From IMG/VR virus record IMGVR_UViG_3300028392_000036, positions 32,001-96,000 of that record: DNA of 64,000 bases; one strand, given 5' to 3'. The position numbers and the translations under genes were made by a program. Below the pieces are notes generated by a model. That model did no database searches, was not told the origin of the DNA, and worked only from the letters and a program-made list of their open reading frames with translations. This document shows positions 49,446 through 58,352 of this stretch, one piece after another; within the stretch, counting starts at the first letter, position 1, and each line of letters opens with the position of its first letter. Origin of the DNA: a virus.

Positions 49446-49510
49446 CTGTGTCTCCTTTGTATGTTGATCTAGTAGTTATGTTTCTAGTGACAGCTCACTA
49501 GAGAAATCGC

Positions 49511-49603
49511 TTGATTTCTGGTGTTTTTTTCATATATAATACTACATAGGACGCTGGATAGGCCGGGTCCTATAGTAAACTCGCTTTATAGGAGAACCAT
49601 ATG
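49511..49603 (+). promoter_or_regulatory. sigma70 promoter and ROSE-like 5' UTR of the phasin-like gene
   Basis: TTGATT-18-TATAAT; hairpin TAGGAC..GTCCTA; CUCGCU pairing with AGGAG with bulged G. Confidence 0.6.
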
Positions 49604-49876
49604 TTTACAGCAGACGCAATCATCGACACCGTTCAAACCGGTAAAAAAACTTTAGTTAACACATTCGTTACCAACGAAACAGCCAAAGAATCAATGATCA
49701 AGTTCATTGACGCACAAGCAGACTATACCAAACGAGCCGCCAAGGTTGGAATGGACACAGCAACTACATTGACCAGTGAAATGATCAAACAAGTGGAAGC
49801 AGTGGCAAAGTATGACTATGCCAAAGCAGGTCAAGACTTCCTAAAGGCATTCCAGCCCACAACTAGTAAAAAGTAA
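49601..49876 (+). CDS. Phasin-like small helical protein
   Basis: IDTVQTGKK..V..F...FIDAQ..YTK amphipathic pattern. Confidence 0.5.
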   Translation: MFTADAIIDTVQTGKKTLVNTFVTNETAKESMIKFIDAQADYTKRAAKVGMDTATTLTSEMIKQVEAVAKYDYAKAGQDFLKAFQPTTSKK

Positions 49877-49897
49877 TACCTTAGTATTACCTTTCTG

Positions 49898-49953
49898 AAA
49901 GGCCCCAATTTTTGGGGCTTTCTCTTGACCAATAAATGTCAAAGTGCTATAAT
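49898..49953 (+). promoter_or_regulatory. Terminator hairpin followed by sigma70 promoter
   Basis: AAAGGCCCCAA/TTGGGGCTTT; TTGACC-17-TATAAT, ATG 6 nt later. Confidence 0.75.
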
Positions 49954-49959
49954 ACGGTT

Positions 49960-50379
49960 ATGAATACAAAACTTTACTTTGGCTACGGCATGAACACCAA
50001 TCTCAATGAGATGGCGTATCGGTGTCCTCGGGCACGAAGTCTTGGCCACGCACGACTATTAAATAGTGCGTTTCGCTTTGCTACTCACGCTGACGTGGTA
50101 GTGGTACCTGATTGCTATGTGGACGGAGTACTATGGTCTATCACTGAAGAATGTTTACAGAAACTGGATGCACTAGAAGGCTTCCCGCATTATTACAATC
50201 GCATTGAGATGGCTGTGGAACATGACGGTGAAATAAAAGATGCCATTGTTTACTTTATGAACCCTGGTCAGGCAGATGGCTTGCCCAGTCAAGGCTATTT
50301 TGATCTCCTGATGGAAGGCTACACCCAACATGGTGTGCCAACAGAACAATTACACAACGCATTGGAACTGTGGGTATGA
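49960..50379 (+). CDS. Gamma-glutamylcyclotransferase (AIG2-like) family protein
   Basis: YFGYGMN, RCP, GVLW, LDALEG..Y. Confidence 0.85.
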   Translation: MNTKLYFGYGMNTNLNEMAYRCPRARSLGHARLLNSAFRFATHADVVVVPDCYVDGVLWSITEECLQKLDALEGFPHYYNRIEMAVEHDGEIKDAIVYFMNPGQADGLPSQGYFDLLMEGYTQHGVPTEQLHNALELWV

Positions 50380-50621
50380 TCCGTCGACTGTTACCTGTAC
50401 TATTGTTGACTGGTTGTGCATCAACTGTGAGCTATGTACCACCACCCAGTGTCAATGCCATGCCTAATGATTGTGCAAATCAAACAGCAATGATCAATTG
50501 GTTAGAATCACAAGCTCGTATCCCGCGTCACTCAATGGAAAGGCAAGAAGACTATGAAATCAGCCGTGCATCGTTTCGCCATCGTATTTGGCACGTGCGT
50601 TATATGTGCCGTCCTGTCTAG
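50376..50621 (+). CDS. Lipoprotein
   Basis: Lipobox LTGC. Confidence 0.65.
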   Translation: MIRRLLPVLLLTGCASTVSYVPPPSVNAMPNDCANQTAMINWLESQARIPRHSMERQEDYEISRASFRHRIWHVRYMCRPV

Positions 50622-50883
50622 TGGATGTGCAACACAGATCAATCCCAATCGTGTGCCTATGCATACTGTGGATCTTAACACTTATCAGATCAACTGTAGA
50701 CTAAAAGACCAACAGGTGGTATTTTTACAAAGTATGAGACAGTCACGTGAAGAACAGTTTGCCGCAAGGATGCGAAGCACTTTCCAACCGTTTAGTTGGA
50801 CACACGACCACGATATTTCATACAACAACCCCAACAAGTTTATTGATTATCACCTTAACCAACTGAGCTATTGCATACAATGA
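50554..50883 (+). CDS. Lipoprotein
   Basis: Lipobox-like SSGC. Confidence 0.6.
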   Translation: MKSAVHRFAIVFGTCVICAVLSSGCATQINPNRVPMHTVDLNTYQINCRLKDQQVVFLQSMRQSREEQFAARMRSTFQPFSWTHDHDISYNNPNKFIDYHLNQLSYCIQ

Positions 50884-51440
50884 AACGACTCTTGCTTGCT
50901 GTTCTAATCCCTGTGCTGGCGCAGGCCGAGTGTGTGATGACTGATCGTGTGACAACCGCGGCCACAGTTCGAATTGAAGAACGCAGTGATGTTCGAAAGG
51001 ACATTGTGCCTAGCCCCACAGCAGGTTATCGCAGATGCCAGGTCAGTTACAAAGCCCGTATTGGTGCTCAATGGTACTTGGCTATGGGTGTGTATGATTG
51101 GCCAGGTAATGCCCCAGATGCAGAAGCCTGTGCAGTGGCCATGAGTCGAGCAGATGCTAGTGTACGAACACACGTGGCTCCAGTAGGAGTTCGTGGAGAA
51201 AGCACAATGGTCTGTACCGATCGTCCCAATATGGATACCCTGAGAAAAACAGCAGTGGGCACACAAGGACGCCTGCACCAATTTAGGCCACATCCAGATT
51301 ATCCCCGAGAGTTTTGGCACAATGGTACTCGGTGCCGTTGGTTCTTGGATACCGAATGGGCCCAAACCGATGTACAAACACGCCAAGGCATTATCTGCAG
51401 ATTGGAAACGGATCAGTGGGTAGTGGTTGACAAAATATAA
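50880..51440 (+). CDS. Exported Cys-rich protein
   Basis: Signal peptide ending AQA; six Cys. Confidence 0.65.
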   Translation: MKRLLLAVLIPVLAQAECVMTDRVTTAATVRIEERSDVRKDIVPSPTAGYRRCQVSYKARIGAQWYLAMGVYDWPGNAPDAEACAVAMSRADASVRTHVAPVGVRGESTMVCTDRPNMDTLRKTAVGTQGRLHQFRPHPDYPREFWHNGTRCRWFLDTEWAQTDVQTRQGIICRLETDQWVVVDKI

Positions 51441-51455
51441 TCAATCCTGTATAAT
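51427..51455 (+). promoter_or_regulatory. sigma70 promoter
   Basis: TTGACA-17-TATAAT. Confidence 0.8.
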
Positions 51456-51488
51456 TGAACTATCGTTAAACTAACCTGAAAGGTATGT

Positions 51489-52289
51489 ATGTTAATCAAG
51501 CATTTATCAATCGTGGCTGTGGCAGTGAGTCTTGTGGCCTGTGCCAGCGCACAAAAAGCAGAGATTCCTGCCACAGCACCTACTGCTCGAGTGGTTGAAA
51601 TTGCGCCACCAGCACATCCTTACGCCTTGCCCCAGACACAGGCTCGAGTAGTACCTCAAGCACCTGCTTGGTATGTGCGTATGCCAGAAGATACGCCAGA
51701 CATGGTGTTTTCAGTAGGTACCGCAACATCAACAGATGAGCAGATGGCCTATGACAAAGCACGTATGGCCGCAGAGCGTAAACTGGTCGAACAGATGTAC
51801 AGTCGGATCACAACACAGACCAACAGTTACAAAGCTGATCGTGGATCAGCCACAATTGAAAATTATCAACAAGTTACTCGTAAAAATGCACGTGGCGAGC
51901 TCAGTGGCGCACAACGAGTTGATAGTCAGGCCACATTTGATGGTCAGTTCTACAAGGTCTACGTGTTATTGCGTTTGCCAACAGGTGCCAACAACACAAT
52001 GCAAACACGTCGTGATCAAGGCCGTTTGCAACGTGAAGCAGATATCCGTGGTCGTGCCGCAGAGCGTGACATGGATGCCAACGAGTCACGTGAGCAAAAG
52101 CAAGAACAGGAAAAAGAACAAGCACTTGAGCGAAGTTTAACTCCACAAAGCAAGGTTACTCCTGTAACTGTGCCCACAACATCAGGTGAAATCAAATTAC
52201 TTGACGTGGACAACGCTGAATACAAGCAAAAACGGGACGAAGCACTGGCCAAACCTAATGCAGTGATTGGTCAAACTGTCGTAAGATAA
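51489..52289 (+). CDS. LPP20-like lipoprotein
   Basis: Lipobox LVAC; P.WY..P, G.ATS.D.QMA..KA...A. Confidence 0.7.
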   Translation: MLIKHLSIVAVAVSLVACASAQKAEIPATAPTARVVEIAPPAHPYALPQTQARVVPQAPAWYVRMPEDTPDMVFSVGTATSTDEQMAYDKARMAAERKLVEQMYSRITTQTNSYKADRGSATIENYQQVTRKNARGELSGAQRVDSQATFDGQFYKVYVLLRLPTGANNTMQTRRDQGRLQREADIRGRAAERDMDANESREQKQEQEKEQALERSLTPQSKVTPVTVPTTSGEIKLLDVDNAEYKQKRDEALAKPNAVIGQTVVR

Positions 52290-52337
52290 ACGGCGTATAA
52301 ATAGAAGCGGTGCCAAAAACACCGCTTTTTCTCTTTT

Positions 52338-52919
52338 ATGATCATGCCAATAATTGAAACTACCCAAACTGAACAAACTCACACTCAAGCACTTGCTGAC
52401 ACTGGCATGTATGTTTTTATGGGAGACGTGGATGATGAAAGTATCAAGCCAGTTGTGGAATGGATGCTGTATGAAAACTATGTGAGCAAGAAAAAGAAAA
52501 AAGAATTGTTACTCATGATTTGCTCCAATGGTGGAGACATGGGTGCGGCCTTTGCCCTAATTGATGTAATGATGAGCAGCCAAATTCCAGTAAAAACTGT
52601 GGGCCTGGGAACCATTGCATCAGCAGGCTTGTTGATCTTTATCTCTGGCACTCACGGACGACGAGTTCTTACACCTAATACTTCAATTCTAAGCCATCAG
52701 TTCTCCTGGTACAACGAAGGCAAAGCACATGAGTTGTTTGCTACCATGCGTGAGTTTGAACTCACACAGGCTAGAATGATTGCACACTATGAATTGTGTA
52801 CAGGCCTGGGCCGGGAAGAAATACGCACGAACTTGTTGCCACCACAAGACGTTTGGTTATCAGCATCAGAAGCCCTGGCTCTGGGCATCTGCGATGACAT
52901 CAGTGTGGTCAAGAGTTAA
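52338..52919 (+). CDS. Divergent ClpP-family protease
   Basis: SNGG, IASAG (Ser), SHQ (His), QD (Asp), EALALG..D. Confidence 0.85.
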   Translation: MIMPIIETTQTEQTHTQALADTGMYVFMGDVDDESIKPVVEWMLYENYVSKKKKKELLLMICSNGGDMGAAFALIDVMMSSQIPVKTVGLGTIASAGLLIFISGTHGRRVLTPNTSILSHQFSWYNEGKAHELFATMREFELTQARMIAHYELCTGLGREEIRTNLLPPQDVWLSASEALALGICDDISVVKS

Positions 52920-52953
52920 ATAGGTCTTAACCACCACGTGCGCTACGGTCTTG

Positions 52954-54027
52954 TTATTTTTTGTTTTGCTTCAGGTATTCCGCATAACTCATAGCCCTCT
53001 GTCCTGTTGCAATATCACGTGGTTGTTTTAGCCAGGCATCCACAGTATCGAGTTTTGTTGGTGCAGGTAATGCTTGTGCGGGTGCAGTTGTTGGCAATTG
53101 CTCTGGTTTGTTGTCTGTGTCAACTTGATTTATTTTATCCAATGCCTTTTTACCTAGTCCTGCTAGTCGTGCAATATCTCCTGGAGAGGTGGTGTTATTT
53201 GGATCAATACCAGCGTCCCACATTTTATACATTTTCTCGCGTACCTGGTCCGGGCTTAGAGCATTTGATAATTTGCTTGGATCGATATATTTCTCGCTGT
53301 CTATCTTTACAGGTTTACCACCGCTAGTGGCTGTGAATTTCGTATATTTGTGAAAACGACTACCCGAAGGCGAACCATCACTTCTTATTATACTTTTGAG
53401 TTCTTCAACTGGGTCAGTTTCACGATTATCTCTAACATAGGTGTCCCCAATATTTCCATCAAAGTCGGTTTTGTAAATTACAATTTTGTTTTCTTCTGGT
53501 GTATTACTAGCATAATAATCATAAGGTTCACTGTCGTCTGGTTCCTTTAGTTTATTTTGATAACGCCAGTCGCTCGGGTCATCGGCTCTTGACCTGAATG
53601 ATGATTTTACTTTTGCAGGATTGATAGCGACACTTTGAAGATGTTTGATCAGTTGGGCAGCCGCCAGTTCGGGATTTTGTCGATACAAATCTAGTAAATC
53701 AAACATTTGATCTGTAGCAGATATGTCATCCCCCCTATCCTCATCGTCATAGTCAGGCTCTATATCTTCAAAACCCAAGGCGCCGGCCATGTCTTCCTGG
53801 GCATCAAACAGATCATCGTCGTCCTCTGCGTCCCATTGATCGAGATGATCTTGAATGCCTTTTAACAATGCAATTCCGGCTGGGATAGGCATAGCGGCAA
53901 CACCTGCTGGTGTTGACAGCAGTTTAACTACAGGTGCAGGCACAGCCGCACTAGCCGCAAAACTTGCTAGACTTTTAAGGAACCCTCTACGAGTTGATTC
54001 GTTGATGTATTCTTTTAGGGTTTTCAT
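52954..54027 (-). CDS. Putative head internal protein with cryptic Tat-like signal
   Basis: AAGGA RBS; MKTLKEYINE followed by STRRGFLK and an Ala-rich h-region. Confidence 0.6.
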   Translation of the reverse strand: MKTLKEYINESTRRGFLKSLASFAASAAVPAPVVKLLSTPAGVAAMPIPAGIALLKGIQDHLDQWDAEDDDDLFDAQEDMAGALGFEDIEPDYDDEDRGDDISATDQMFDLLDLYRQNPELAAAQLIKHLQSVAINPAKVKSSFRSRADDPSDWRYQNKLKEPDDSEPYDYYASNTPEENKIVIYKTDFDGNIGDTYVRDNRETDPVEELKSIIRSDGSPSGSRFHKYTKFTATSGGKPVKIDSEKYIDPSKLSNALSPDQVREKMYKMWDAGIDPNNTTSPGDIARLAGLGKKALDKINQVDTDNKPEQLPTTAPAQALPAPTKLDTVDAWLKQPRDIATGQRAMSYAEYLKQNKK

Positions 54028-54031
54028 TTTA

Positions 54032-55762
54032 TTATCCTTTTTTCTTGCGCCCTGTAGTCTTTTCATCAAAGTCGGCATCCTGAGCCTGTCTGGCTGCCTT
54101 GGCTCCCGGCCCAGTTAGTCTAGGTGCTTGTCCCACTTGATTGAGCTTTTCAATGTCCCCAATATCACTAGCATCTGCTGATGCTTCTTTAGAATCGCTA
54201 GGCTTGTTGGTTTTCTTTTTCTTCTTGCCCACGTCACCTGCATTGGGCGGCACTATCATGAAGCCCGGACGATTGTTACCTGCTATGTGGCTGGGTGCGT
54301 GATAGTCAAATTCAAAGTCCAAGTTACCAAACGGCTTGCTGGTAATAACCAGTTGTCCTTCATTGTCAATGTCCACGTGACCCAGCTGGCAATTCAACTG
54401 TTTGATCATGTCGTTCATGATATCTTTGTATTGCTGTTGGTTAGGTCCACGGCGAATCATATACTCTATGCCCTTGCCTAAACTGTAGGCGATAATGTTG
54501 GCAGCACCATCCACATGATCATTGTCGTAACTGTATTTTCCTGCAATACCGGGTTTGGGCTTGTTGGCAGTGAGTCCCAGATAATAGTTTGAATCTTGTG
54601 GCATACCCACATTGCTACCCCATTGGCCGGCCTGTGTGGCAGGAAGTATCATTTGTAAAAATCCCTTGTAATCTAATTTTTCAACCAAGGGTTTTAATAG
54701 TTTTTTTAGTTCTGCCCAACTGTTGAATTCGCCGCCCAAGATGTCCACATAGCTGATATATTCGGGAGTTTGATTTCGATTGGCAGCCAAACAGATACGG
54801 TCAGTGACTGATCCTTCTTTTTTGGTGCTGGCCCAGATCTTGATAGCATCACGAAACATTTTTTGTTTGCCTTCGTCGGTCAAGGTCTGGTCGTATTCTT
54901 CTAGTAGGCTACCCAGACTGTTCATGCTGGTTCCTGAGCCGCCCAGCGCCTTGACACTGTAGCGTGTGTTGCCGCCCACAGTGACGTCGATCAACTTTTC
55001 GTTTCCCACTGGAAAACTAATTTCTTCGCTTTCGTTGGCTAATGCGATCGGAGCCAAGATCTCACCAAAGTCTTGACTGATCATGCCCAGGAATGGTTTT
55101 ACATATTCTAGGCTTTCGGGACTCAATTGTCCAGAGCCACGATTTTCAGCCAGCTCGACTAGCTCGGTCAGCGCCTTGGCCAAGTTTTCATTTTTGATTT
55201 TTGATTTGATAGCTTCTTTAGTGGCAGTGGCTAATTCTTTTCGGTCTGAGTACTCTCCGGCCAGGCCCAACTTGACTGGGGTAAGATCTTTGCGGTTCAA
55301 CACTAGATCAACAGCGGCACCGGCATAGCTGGCAGCAGTCTTGACTCCACGTAGAACAAAGGTAAAAGTCTTGCCTTGACCGGTGTAACTGTAAATACTA
55401 AATTGTCCACTAGATATGGCCTGATGGTCAGTTACAGGTGCTGAAACCAGCCCTAGCCCTTCTGCAGATTGCTCCAGTTGTGCTGGTGTTACGTCGCTGA
55501 TACGCAGTACTGGTAATCGTCCAGATTTTTTGCTGTATTCTATTTTGTTTTTGGCATTTTCAACTCCGGCCTGCTCTAACCATTCTGACAATGCTGGAAT
55601 CATACTTTCGTAATCTGCTTTTTCGGCATAAACGGGCTGGGCAGGTTCTGCACCTGGGGGCTGTGCCGCAACTGCGGCATCTAATTCAGCTTCAAGTATC
55701 ATCATCTGTACCTTTGGTCCTTTGTCTGTAATTGATTCGAATAATTTTAGAGTATCGTGCAT
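54032..55762 (-). CDS. Large hypothetical protein, possible PD-(D/E)XK-like domain
   Basis: DFGE..FP..NE.LID..YSVK pattern; LFE/ILE N-terminal motifs. Confidence 0.5.
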   Translation of the reverse strand: MHDTLKLFESITDKGPKVQMMILEAELDAAVAAQPPGAEPAQPVYAEKADYESMIPALSEWLEQAGVENAKNKIEYSKKSGRLPVLRISDVTPAQLEQSAEGLGLVSAPVTDHQAISSGQFSIYSYTGQGKTFTFVLRGVKTAASYAGAAVDLVLNRKDLTPVKLGLAGEYSDRKELATATKEAIKSKIKNENLAKALTELVELAENRGSGQLSPESLEYVKPFLGMISQDFGEILAPIALANESEEISFPVGNEKLIDVTVGGNTRYSVKALGGSGTSMNSLGSLLEEYDQTLTDEGKQKMFRDAIKIWASTKKEGSVTDRICLAANRNQTPEYISYVDILGGEFNSWAELKKLLKPLVEKLDYKGFLQMILPATQAGQWGSNVGMPQDSNYYLGLTANKPKPGIAGKYSYDNDHVDGAANIIAYSLGKGIEYMIRRGPNQQQYKDIMNDMIKQLNCQLGHVDIDNEGQLVITSKPFGNLDFEFDYHAPSHIAGNNRPGFMIVPPNAGDVGKKKKKTNKPSDSKEASADASDIGDIEKLNQVGQAPRLTGPGAKAARQAQDADFDEKTTGRKKKG

Positions 55763-55791
55763 TTGCTTTTTTCCAAGAATAATGTTATACT
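55763..55791 (+). promoter_or_regulatory. sigma70 promoter (extended -10) for clpP
   Basis: TTGCTT-17-TATACT with TG extension. Confidence 0.6.
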
Positions 55792-55814
55792 TATCACATC
55801 AACAAGGAGACCCC

Positions 55815-56405
55815 ATGCCAAACTTAGTACCTATTGTACTTGAACAAACAGCCAAAGGCGAACGCAGTTACGACATCTATAGCCGATTGCTAAAAGACCG
55901 TGTGATCATGCTGGACACAGAAGTGTCGGAACACACAGCCAGTTTACTGGTGGCACAGATGCTGTTTTTAGAAAGCGAAAATCCCGACAAGGATATCTCC
56001 CTATATATCAACTCGCCGGGCGGATCAGTAACAGCCGGTATGGCCATCTATGATACCATGCAGTTTATCCGGTGTGATGTGCAGACCATTGTGATGGGAC
56101 AGGCCTGCTCCATGGGAAGTCTGCTAAGTACAGCAGGAGCCGCGGGCAAGCGTATGATTTTGCCCAATGCCCGACACATGATTCACCAACCATCAGGTGG
56201 TGCTCATGGACAAGCCACAGACATCCAAATCCAAGCAAGAGAAATTCAAAAGATGAAAGAGTATCTTACCAACATCTATGTCAAGCATAATTCAGCAGGT
56301 AAAACCTTTGGGCAGTTATCAGCAGATATGGAACGTGATTTCTTTATGTCAGCACAAGAAGCCTTGGACTATGGATTGGTAGACAAGATACTCGATAAAC
56401 GTTAA
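55815..56405 (+). CDS. clpP: ATP-dependent Clp protease proteolytic subunit
   Basis: [28 protein letters not shown]; AGGAGA RBS. Confidence 0.97.
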   Translation: MPNLVPIVLEQTAKGERSYDIYSRLLKDRVIMLDTEVSEHTASLLVAQMLFLESENPDKDISLYINSPGGSVTAGMAIYDTMQFIRCDVQTIVMGQACSMGSLLSTAGAAGKRMILPNARHMIHQPSGGAHGQATDIQIQAREIQKMKEYLTNIYVKHNSAGKTFGQLSADMERDFFMSAQEALDYGLVDKILDKR

Positions 56406-57670
56406 TGAGCCTAAAAGATAATTTTTGCCCAAGTCCTTGGTTCCATATGCGTATTACCAATAATGGTGGTATGACCTATTGCCGTTGGGCAGACAAAAAT
56501 GCAACAGAAGCCAACATTCGAGATGTTGATCCTCAAAGTTTTTTCCAACAACACATGGCCGGTGTACGCAAAAAAATATTGCAAGGCGAACCAGTTGATG
56601 GATGTAAGAGTTGTTATCTCATGGAATGCCACAACAAGGTCAGTGGTAGACAAAAACAACTGCTCAAAATTGGTGTGCGTGTTGAACAGTTCGAAAAGAC
56701 TCTGGCTTCGAGTCCTTGGGTTGATACATTTGCATCGCAGGAATTCTCACAGTCGCCACAAGATTGGCAAATAGACCTTGGCAATCACTGTAACAGTGCT
56801 TGTATTTTTTGTCACCCAAATGCCAGTTCAAGATTGGCCACGGAGTGGCAACGTATAGGTTTTATTGATCAACTGCCAGCACCAAATTGGACCGATGATC
56901 CAGCTCTAGTTGATCAATTTATTACCATGCTTGAAGCAAGCCCGCACATTCAATACTTACACTTTATTGGTGGAGAGACCTTGATCACTCCGGCATTTCA
57001 AACCATACTAGAAGCATTGATCAGGTCAGGATTAAATCACACAGCCACAATAGGATTTACTACCAATCTTATCACTTGGAATCAGCAGGTAGTTGATTTG
57101 CTATCACAATTTGCCGGCGTTAATCTTGGCATGAGTATTGAATCATTTGACTCTGTAAACGATTATGTACGTTGGCCTGCTACGGTATCAAGGACACACA
57201 AAACTCTAGACCAATGGATTGCCATAGCACAAGATCACAATTGGTTAATGCAGTTCCGTACCACTCCCACGGCACTGACCATTGACTCTTTATTGAGTGT
57301 GTACCGGTATGCCTGGGATCGATCAATAGCGATCGAAAGTTGTAATTTTTTAGATCAACCTGAGTGCATGCGTCCATCGGTGTTGCCCTTGAGTTATCGT
57401 CAATCCATAATTGATCGCATGGAATCTTGGATTGCCGAACATGGTACTGATGCTGATATCATTGTAAATACTCGAGATCCAAATGTGGCCCAACAGCAGA
57501 TATTACAAGATCTGCAGAGCTATGTAAACTACTTGAAACATGCGCCTGATGAAAGTTTTAGATTACCTGAATTAGTAGCATATCTAAAACGCATTGAATC
57601 CAGCCGTGGCAATAGTATATTGACCTATCTACCCCAATATGAAGAACTTTTCAGAACTGCTGGCTACTGA
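56405..57670 (+). CDS. Radical SAM protein with N-terminal twitch domain
   Basis: FCPSPW..YC..CxxC, CNSACIFC, GGE, YVRWP. Confidence 0.87.
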   Translation: MSLKDNFCPSPWFHMRITNNGGMTYCRWADKNATEANIRDVDPQSFFQQHMAGVRKKILQGEPVDGCKSCYLMECHNKVSGRQKQLLKIGVRVEQFEKTLASSPWVDTFASQEFSQSPQDWQIDLGNHCNSACIFCHPNASSRLATEWQRIGFIDQLPAPNWTDDPALVDQFITMLEASPHIQYLHFIGGETLITPAFQTILEALIRSGLNHTATIGFTTNLITWNQQVVDLLSQFAGVNLGMSIESFDSVNDYVRWPATVSRTHKTLDQWIAIAQDHNWLMQFRTTPTALTIDSLLSVYRYAWDRSIAIESCNFLDQPECMRPSVLPLSYRQSIIDRMESWIAEHGTDADIIVNTRDPNVAQQQILQDLQSYVNYLKHAPDESFRLPELVAYLKRIESSRGNSILTYLPQYEELFRTAGY

Positions 57671-57893
57671 GTTAAAACTAAATGTTGTTGTAAATGGTGT
57701 TGCAACCACGGCCAATTTGCATGACCGAATGATTTTTAATGCAGACGATATTGTTGCAGTTGATACTATTAAGGTATTACCACAATATCGTTATTTGGCC
57801 ACTGACGGACAGTTGACTATCGACGAGCCATTCTATAATTGGTATCACAGAATTTCAGGGCAGGGGTGGCTATTAACGCCGCATCAAGGATGA
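57639..57893 (+). CDS. Hypothetical protein
   Basis: Overlaps upstream stop; PFYNWYH..GQGWLL. Confidence 0.55.
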   Translation: MKNFSELLATELKLNVVVNGVATTANLHDRMIFNADDIVAVDTIKVLPQYRYLATDGQLTIDEPFYNWYHRISGQGWLLTPHQG

Positions 57894-58044
57894 ACTTCCC
57901 CGCCTTCACGAGCCCAGCGAAACAATGTTACGAGAGCGTCAATCATTGATGTTATCCTGCAATTACCAAATAAACAATCATGGCCGCGATGGCACAGGCT
58001 GTGAATAAAGTGTTATCAGAAACAGGCGGTTTATCGAACATGTT

Positions 58045-58134
58045 TTACATCCATCCATATTTGATGCGATTGCTTGCTCGCATTTGTCCGTATGCCTCTA
58101 GGTATCGCCAAATGGCTTTTAAAACTTGTTTCAT
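58045..58134 (-). CDS. 29-aa peptide (MKQVLKAIWRYLEAYG...)
   Basis: ATGA coupling, AGGA RBS. Confidence 0.45.
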   Translation of the reverse strand: MKQVLKAIWRYLEAYGQMRASNRIKYGWM

Positions 58135-58301
58135 ACAAAATTCCTATCTGAATTTTTATCATACTGGCGTGACCAGTATTCCACATCTGATGCGCTGGTT
58201 ATGCATTTTGTGCTTAAATACTGTTCCAAGCGTGATTGATAACCTTGCTTGGGGAACATCTCAGCAAGACGTTCGATAAATTGAATAAACATTTGTGACA
58301 T
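58131..58301 (-). CDS. Small protein, DUF3563-like (56 aa)
   Basis: AAGGAGA RBS, TAAATA; FIERLAEMF..RLEQYLS...DVE.W.R. Confidence 0.55.
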   Translation of the reverse strand: MSQMFIQFIERLAEMFPKQGYQSRLEQYLSTKCITSASDVEYWSRQYDKNSDRNFV

Positions 58302-58352
58302 TTACTTTTCTCCTTTGCAGTATTTACCACTAAGTAGAAACCATTATATATT

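Noticed and set aside
49446-49510. preQ1 riboswitch upstream of yhhQ
   Set aside because: No preQ1-I type stem, loop and A-rich tail visible; only a palindrome
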